This document shows, one piece after another, positions 59,601 through 64,000 of a DNA stretch of 64,000 nucleotides (within the stretch, counting starts at the first letter, position 1; every line of letters begins with the position of its first letter). A program made the position numbers and the translations under genes. Under the pieces are notes generated by a model. That model was not told the DNA's origin. It did not search any database and saw nothing but the letters and a program-made list of their open reading frames with translations. Source of the DNA: Iphione sp. A-MEVVRFRX5 (taxonomy: Eukaryota); assembly GCA_976226885.1 (NCBI GenBank), contig OZ320322.1, positions 64,852,001 to 64,916,000 of the forward strand, read 5' to 3'.

Positions 59601-62507
59601 GTACAATGTAATCATCTGAACGTGGCATAGGTTGCCAGCAGGAGGTAAAACTCAAGCGCCGGCATGGCTGCTAGACTCCTCACAGGGGGGCAAACTCAAC
59701 AATCATCAGCTTCTCTGCTTTTAGCTGGAAATACAGAAGTCCACAGACACCAGTCAACAACAACCCCCTCCCCTGCACAATGCACGCTAGCCAACAGACA
59801 CCAGTCAACACCCATCGCTTCTTTACTGAATGTACAAACTGCCTGATCGGATGTAACTTGCAGAAAATTCTGACCTATGGACCCATTACATCTGGCGAGA
59901 GCCTAAGGCCCGATCGTGCCTCAAGGATCCCTACACACCACTCAAATTCTATCCATGTAAACTAATGAACATCAGTGGGTACAGCCTTATTTTTGTAGGA
60001 TGTATCACATCAGGGGGATCCCAAACCCACTTTAAAAAAGTCAACAAAGTAGTAGTAAGCTGTCTCCACTCTACATGCACCACATCTCTACATGCACCAC
60101 ACCTCTACATACACCACACCTCTACATATACCAGACCTCCACATGCACCACACCTCTACATGCACCACACCTCTACACACACCACAACTCTACATGCACC
60201 ACACCTCTACATACACCACACCTCTACATGCACCACACCTCTACACACACCACAACTCTACATATACCACACCTCTACATGCACCACACCTCTACATGCA
60301 CCACACCTCTACACACACCACAACTCTACATGCACCACACCTCTACATGCACCATACCTCTACATGTGGCATACCTCTACATACACCACATCTCTACATA
60401 CACCACACCTCTACATGCACCACACCTCTACATGCACCACACCTCTACATGCACCACACCTCTACATGCACCACACCTCTACATACACCACACCTCTACA
60501 TACACCACACCTCTACATATACCAGACCTCCACACACATCACACCTCTACATGTACCATATCTCCACATGCACCACACCTCTACATGCACCACACCTCTA
60601 CATGCACCATATCTCTAAATACACCATACCTCTCCATACACCATACCTCTACATACTCCACACCTCTACACGCACCACACCAATACACACATCACACCTC
60701 TACATGGACCATATCTCTGCATACACCACACCTCCACATATACCACATCTCTACATACACCACATCTCCACACACATCACACCTCTACATATACCACATC
60801 TCTACATACACCACACCTCTACATACACCATATCTCTACATGCACCAAACCTCTACATACACCACACCTCTACATGCACCATATCTCTACATGCACCAAA
60901 CCTCTACATACACCACATCTCTACATACACCACACCTCTACATGCACCACACCTCTACATGTACCATATCTCTACATGCACCACACCTCTACATACACCA
61001 CACCTCTACATACACCACACCTCTACATGCACCACACCTCTACATGTACCATATCTCTACATGCACCACACCTCTACATACACCATACCTCTACATGCGG
61101 CATACCTCTACATGCACCATATCTCTACACACACCACACCTACACACACACCACACCTACACACACACCACACCTCTACATACTCCACACCTCTACATGC
61201 ACCACACCTCTATATACACCACACCTCTACACACACCACACCTACACACACACCACACCTCTACATACACCACACGTCTGTGTGGAAAAATTCCTGTATG
61301 CATGGAAAGCCGGCCTTACGGCCCAGGGCTGCTTTTGGCCCACAGACCCGGACCACAGACCCAGGTCCATGGAAAGCACTCAGGCAGAATGCCTAAGATC
61401 ATTTATTTCTGTACCTCCGCTGCCCTGTTCTGGAGACCATTTCCAGATGCATGGAAAGCCAACCTAATAGCCCACTCGGACATTCCCGCAAGGGTCCACA
61501 ATAAGGATAACTGGGCCTTAGTGGCATCCTATGGAGAGAGAATGAGCTCAGGATATGTAACAGGGCGCCCAAGTATGAGTGTAATATTTGACATACAGAA
61601 ATATGTTAATATTTGTACTCACGATATGTTCATATCTTCTCTTTTTCGATATGTCTATGATAATCCATCAAGTGTATGAGTTGCGATGTCGCTAGTTACA
61701 AAAGTGATATATTACTAGTTTATGAATACACGAAGCAAAATTCATTTGAGCACTAGGCCTACGAGTTTAACTATAATATAAAGTCGATCGAGTTTTCTTA
61801 GTCTATTATTTGTCAGCATTTCAGCCTCAACGAAAGTATTAAGAAAAGATATACCATTCAAGAAAGTGTTATTACAAAAAAAAAGTATTATAACTAAAAA
61901 TTATAGCCAGGTTAACTGTTCCATTCCCTACAAAGCCGATGTGCCATCAGTAGTAATTAGTTAACTTATACATTAGAATGCTTGGTGACTGTGAGTGTGA
62001 GGCTCGACTCTACTACACACTACCAGCTCTAGACTAGACTATATAGACCACAGACTGAGTCACTCGCTGGCTCAGGTGTTTAACAGCTCTCTACTTTAGA
62101 GTTACGCACGTAAAACCACACGCGCTAAACGGCCGAGCCCGAGCCAAGCAAAACCTCAGTCACATCGACTTCAGAGCAGCAGACAATACTTGGAAGGACC
62201 TCTTCACCTAACATGGTCCTTCTATACCTGTAGTACACAAGCTCCTCTGCTTGCAGGGTGCCTGGGCCAGTGACGTCACAGGCGTCACTGTCTGCCTGTC
62301 AAGTCCCACTAAATGTAAACATGGAGCTGTCATGTTCTTCACAGCCAGACAGCTCGTTCAATGTACACAGCAGCGTCAGATAACAGATGATCCATAAAAG
62401 TACACACCTATATGTGTCTCCTCGATGTGTTGAATTAGCTCTCCAAGGGTGGTAAAAGTGAGTCCGCAGCCATTAAATTTACAGTTGTTCAGCAAGAACA
62501 CCGCCAT
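55739..62507 (-). CDS. JAZF1: JAZF1 (juxtaposed with another zinc finger 1), 6 exons, 344 aa
   Basis: complement join(62507-62408,59513-59441,58775-58675,57694-57598,56802-56674,56273-55739) = 1035 nt; GT-AG introns with compatible phases. Motifs CKFNGCGLTF...HIEETH, DPRLLEKQELQQP, DSDDSWT, EKPFACPVPGCKKRYKNVNGIKYHAK, FKCKCGKSYKTAQGLR. Confidence 0.96.
56568..56613. repeat. (CT)n microsatellite
   Basis: Pure dinucleotide run in a JAZF1 intron. Confidence 0.95.
56674..56802 (-). CDS. JAZF1: JAZF1 exon 5 (second zinc finger)
   Basis: EKPFACPVPGCKKRYKNVNGIKYHAKHGH. Confidence 0.96.
57382..57604 (-). repeat. 65-bp minisatellite containing the JAZF1 exon 4 donor, 4 copies
   Basis: CTCAG|GTCAGAATGAC on the minus strand, with GT at 57597, 57532, 57467 and 57405. 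Confidence 0.9.
57598..57694 (-). CDS. JAZF1: JAZF1 exon 4 (acidic, GSEFDEDE...DSDDSWT)
   Basis: Matches GSEYDEEE...SDSDESWT of JAZF1. Confidence 0.93.
58050..58545. repeat. 111-bp minisatellite, ~4.5 copies
   Basis: GATATGTATGCAGATATG at 58075, 58186 and 58297. Confidence 0.9.
58675..58775 (-). CDS. JAZF1: JAZF1 exon 3 (RFFTDAAKKE...LRSTTPT)
   Basis: Matches RFMTDAARRE and FRSSTPT of JAZF1. Confidence 0.92.
59227..59364. other. Assembly gap (138 N)
   Basis: Run of N within JAZF1 intron 2. Confidence 1.
59441..59513 (-). CDS. JAZF1: JAZF1 exon 2 (DSDPRLLEKQELQQPPSLALSYVLR)
   Basis: Matches DTDPRVLEKQELQQPTYVALSY. Confidence 0.95.
60070..61275. repeat. 18-bp minisatellite (CTCTACATGCACCACACC), ~65 copies
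   Basis: 1.2-kb tandem array in JAZF1 intron 1. Confidence 0.95.
62271..62278. promoter_or_regulatory. Full CRE palindrome TGACGTCA in JAZF1 intron 1
   Basis: Exact 8-mer, ~130 bp from exon 1; function untested. Confidence 0.35.
62408..62507 (-). CDS. JAZF1: JAZF1 exon 1 (first zinc finger)
   Basis: MAVFLLNNCKFNGCGLTFTTLGELIQHIEETHI; CAAATGG start context; G|GTGTGT donor. Confidence 0.95.
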
Positions 62508-62791
62508 TTGCAATGCCCATCCAGCGATCGCGAGCAGGCGGCACGCCCGGGGCGACATGCCGCCTGCCGGAGGCTGACCGCTGCACTCCAAACGGCTGGA
62601 TGGGACACAATGTCAATGTACGCAGATTAGAAAGTAAACCAACGTCTTTTGCTGGAGGAGAGCAATTCGGTGACCCTTAGAAATCTATTGAGAATAAAAT
62701 ATTTGAAAATGAACCCTTTTCAACTTTTGTCGCAATCCATCTGATTCAAGAACGTTTAATGGTATAGTGAAGTTTTGTTGTATTGATGCTT

Positions 62792-64000
62792 CAGGCCCGT
62801 AGCCAAGGGGGTATCGGGGGTATCGGACGATACCCCCCCCCCCCAAAAAAAAGAAGATCCATTAGTTCTACTCAGAGAAAAATACATGCAAAGCCTGGTG
62901 AACGGAAGTGAGCAAATGTGAGTAAAGTGCAAGGAAATATGAGGAAATATGTTGATTGCTTACCAGGAGTCCCACCTCTCTAGGCCTATATATCATGAGA
63001 AAGAGGAGAGAGAGAGAGAGAGAGGGAGGGAGAGGGGGGCAGAAAGAGAGAGGAAGGAAGACCTTTCTAGCCAAGAGTTCCACTTCTCTAGCAAAGAGTT
63101 CCACTTCTCTAGTTTGAGAACAGTGTCATGGCTGGCGGGAATTTTTTACCTATCTTCAAGGACCAACAAGATGGCTATGCCACCTCAGTCACAGGGTGGC
63201 CTGATCAGCTAGATTTCCCCACATGGATAAGCCCCCCCAACCTGTCATGAGTTGGGTAGGGCCCTGAGGACGATCGTTTGTACCGTTTTCGTCCCCATCA
63301 CCTGTCTGCATCGTCTCCATTCACGCCACCTTCAGGGAACATGATCGCTGCCACCTGACTACTGCACGTGGTGGGGGGGGGGGGGCTGAAACCCAACACT
63401 TGATTGGCGGGGCACTCAGTCACTACACACTCTACACAGCCCCAACAAGACTTGATCAAGTCGTTCAGTTTCTTCCAAGTTTCTCTGCACAGTATCGAAA
63501 GAAGAAAATTAGGACACTGTAACACAGTTTGGATAAAGGTGATGATGTGTCATTAGAAAAGATGTTCTTAAAAGGGCAAAAATACTAAATATTGTATAGT
63601 GTACAGATAGAAATACTGAAGTAAAGCCTTATTATGAAGTACCAAGGTGGCGGAGAGCAACATATTTGTGTCTGGCAGGATTTGTGTTCTTTGTATCAGT
63701 GTTAAGCGGAACTAGTCCTATAAAATAGTGTAAAGCCATTGTATTTCGTATCAAGTCACTTTGTGAACAACGAAGATGTTATTAGTGATCCTTTATGAGA
63801 CCTTGGATGCTGGGTGCTTGTGATGTCATGATACCTAAGTCATAAGGACCTATTGCAGGCCCGTAGCCAGGGCATTTTGTGGGGGGTATCGGACGATACC
63901 CCCAATACTACACAGGTGGAACTAATTTGTTAAAATCCATATAGGGATCTATAGTAATCAATCTCTTTGGGGGGTATCGTCCGATACCCCCGATACCCCC
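62792..64000. mobile_element. Non-autonomous TIR element upstream of JAZF1 (right end runs off the window)
   Basis: 62807-62838 is the reverse complement of 63969-64000 (GGGGGTATCGGGGGTATCGGACGATACCCCCC). It starts CAGGCCCGTAGCC, and a second such start lies at ~63857. Confidence 0.65.

Noticed and set aside
59965-61679. His-rich ORFs (HTPHLY repeats, up to 534 aa)
   Set aside because: The 18-bp repeat is open in all three plus frames; it is intronic and antisense to JAZF1.

Overview
Eukaryotic (non-vertebrate bilaterian-like) genomic DNA with spliceosomal introns, many minisatellites and two assembly gaps; no prokaryotic or CRISPR features. Bases 1-16 kb are a transposon block: a decayed piggyBac whose transposase has five introns, a young full-length Ty3/Gypsy element with 116-bp LTRs, and a full-length L1/Tx1 retrotransposon inserted into a small TIR element. 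The L1 ORF1 carries an unexpected C-terminal NADAR/YbiA-like domain, the best candidate for something new here. Two host genes were reconstructed by hand: an 11-coding-exon ATF2/ATF7/CREB5-family bZIP gene (+, 22544-36738, 692 aa) and a 6-exon JAZF1 (-, 55739-62507, 344 aa), the same pair that neighbours the HOXA region in human. Other observations: an intronic hammerhead ribozyme, three perfect CRE palindromes inside an ATF2 coding exon, and three minisatellites that tandemly duplicate real splice sites. All family assignments come from motif recognition by eye; no searches were run.
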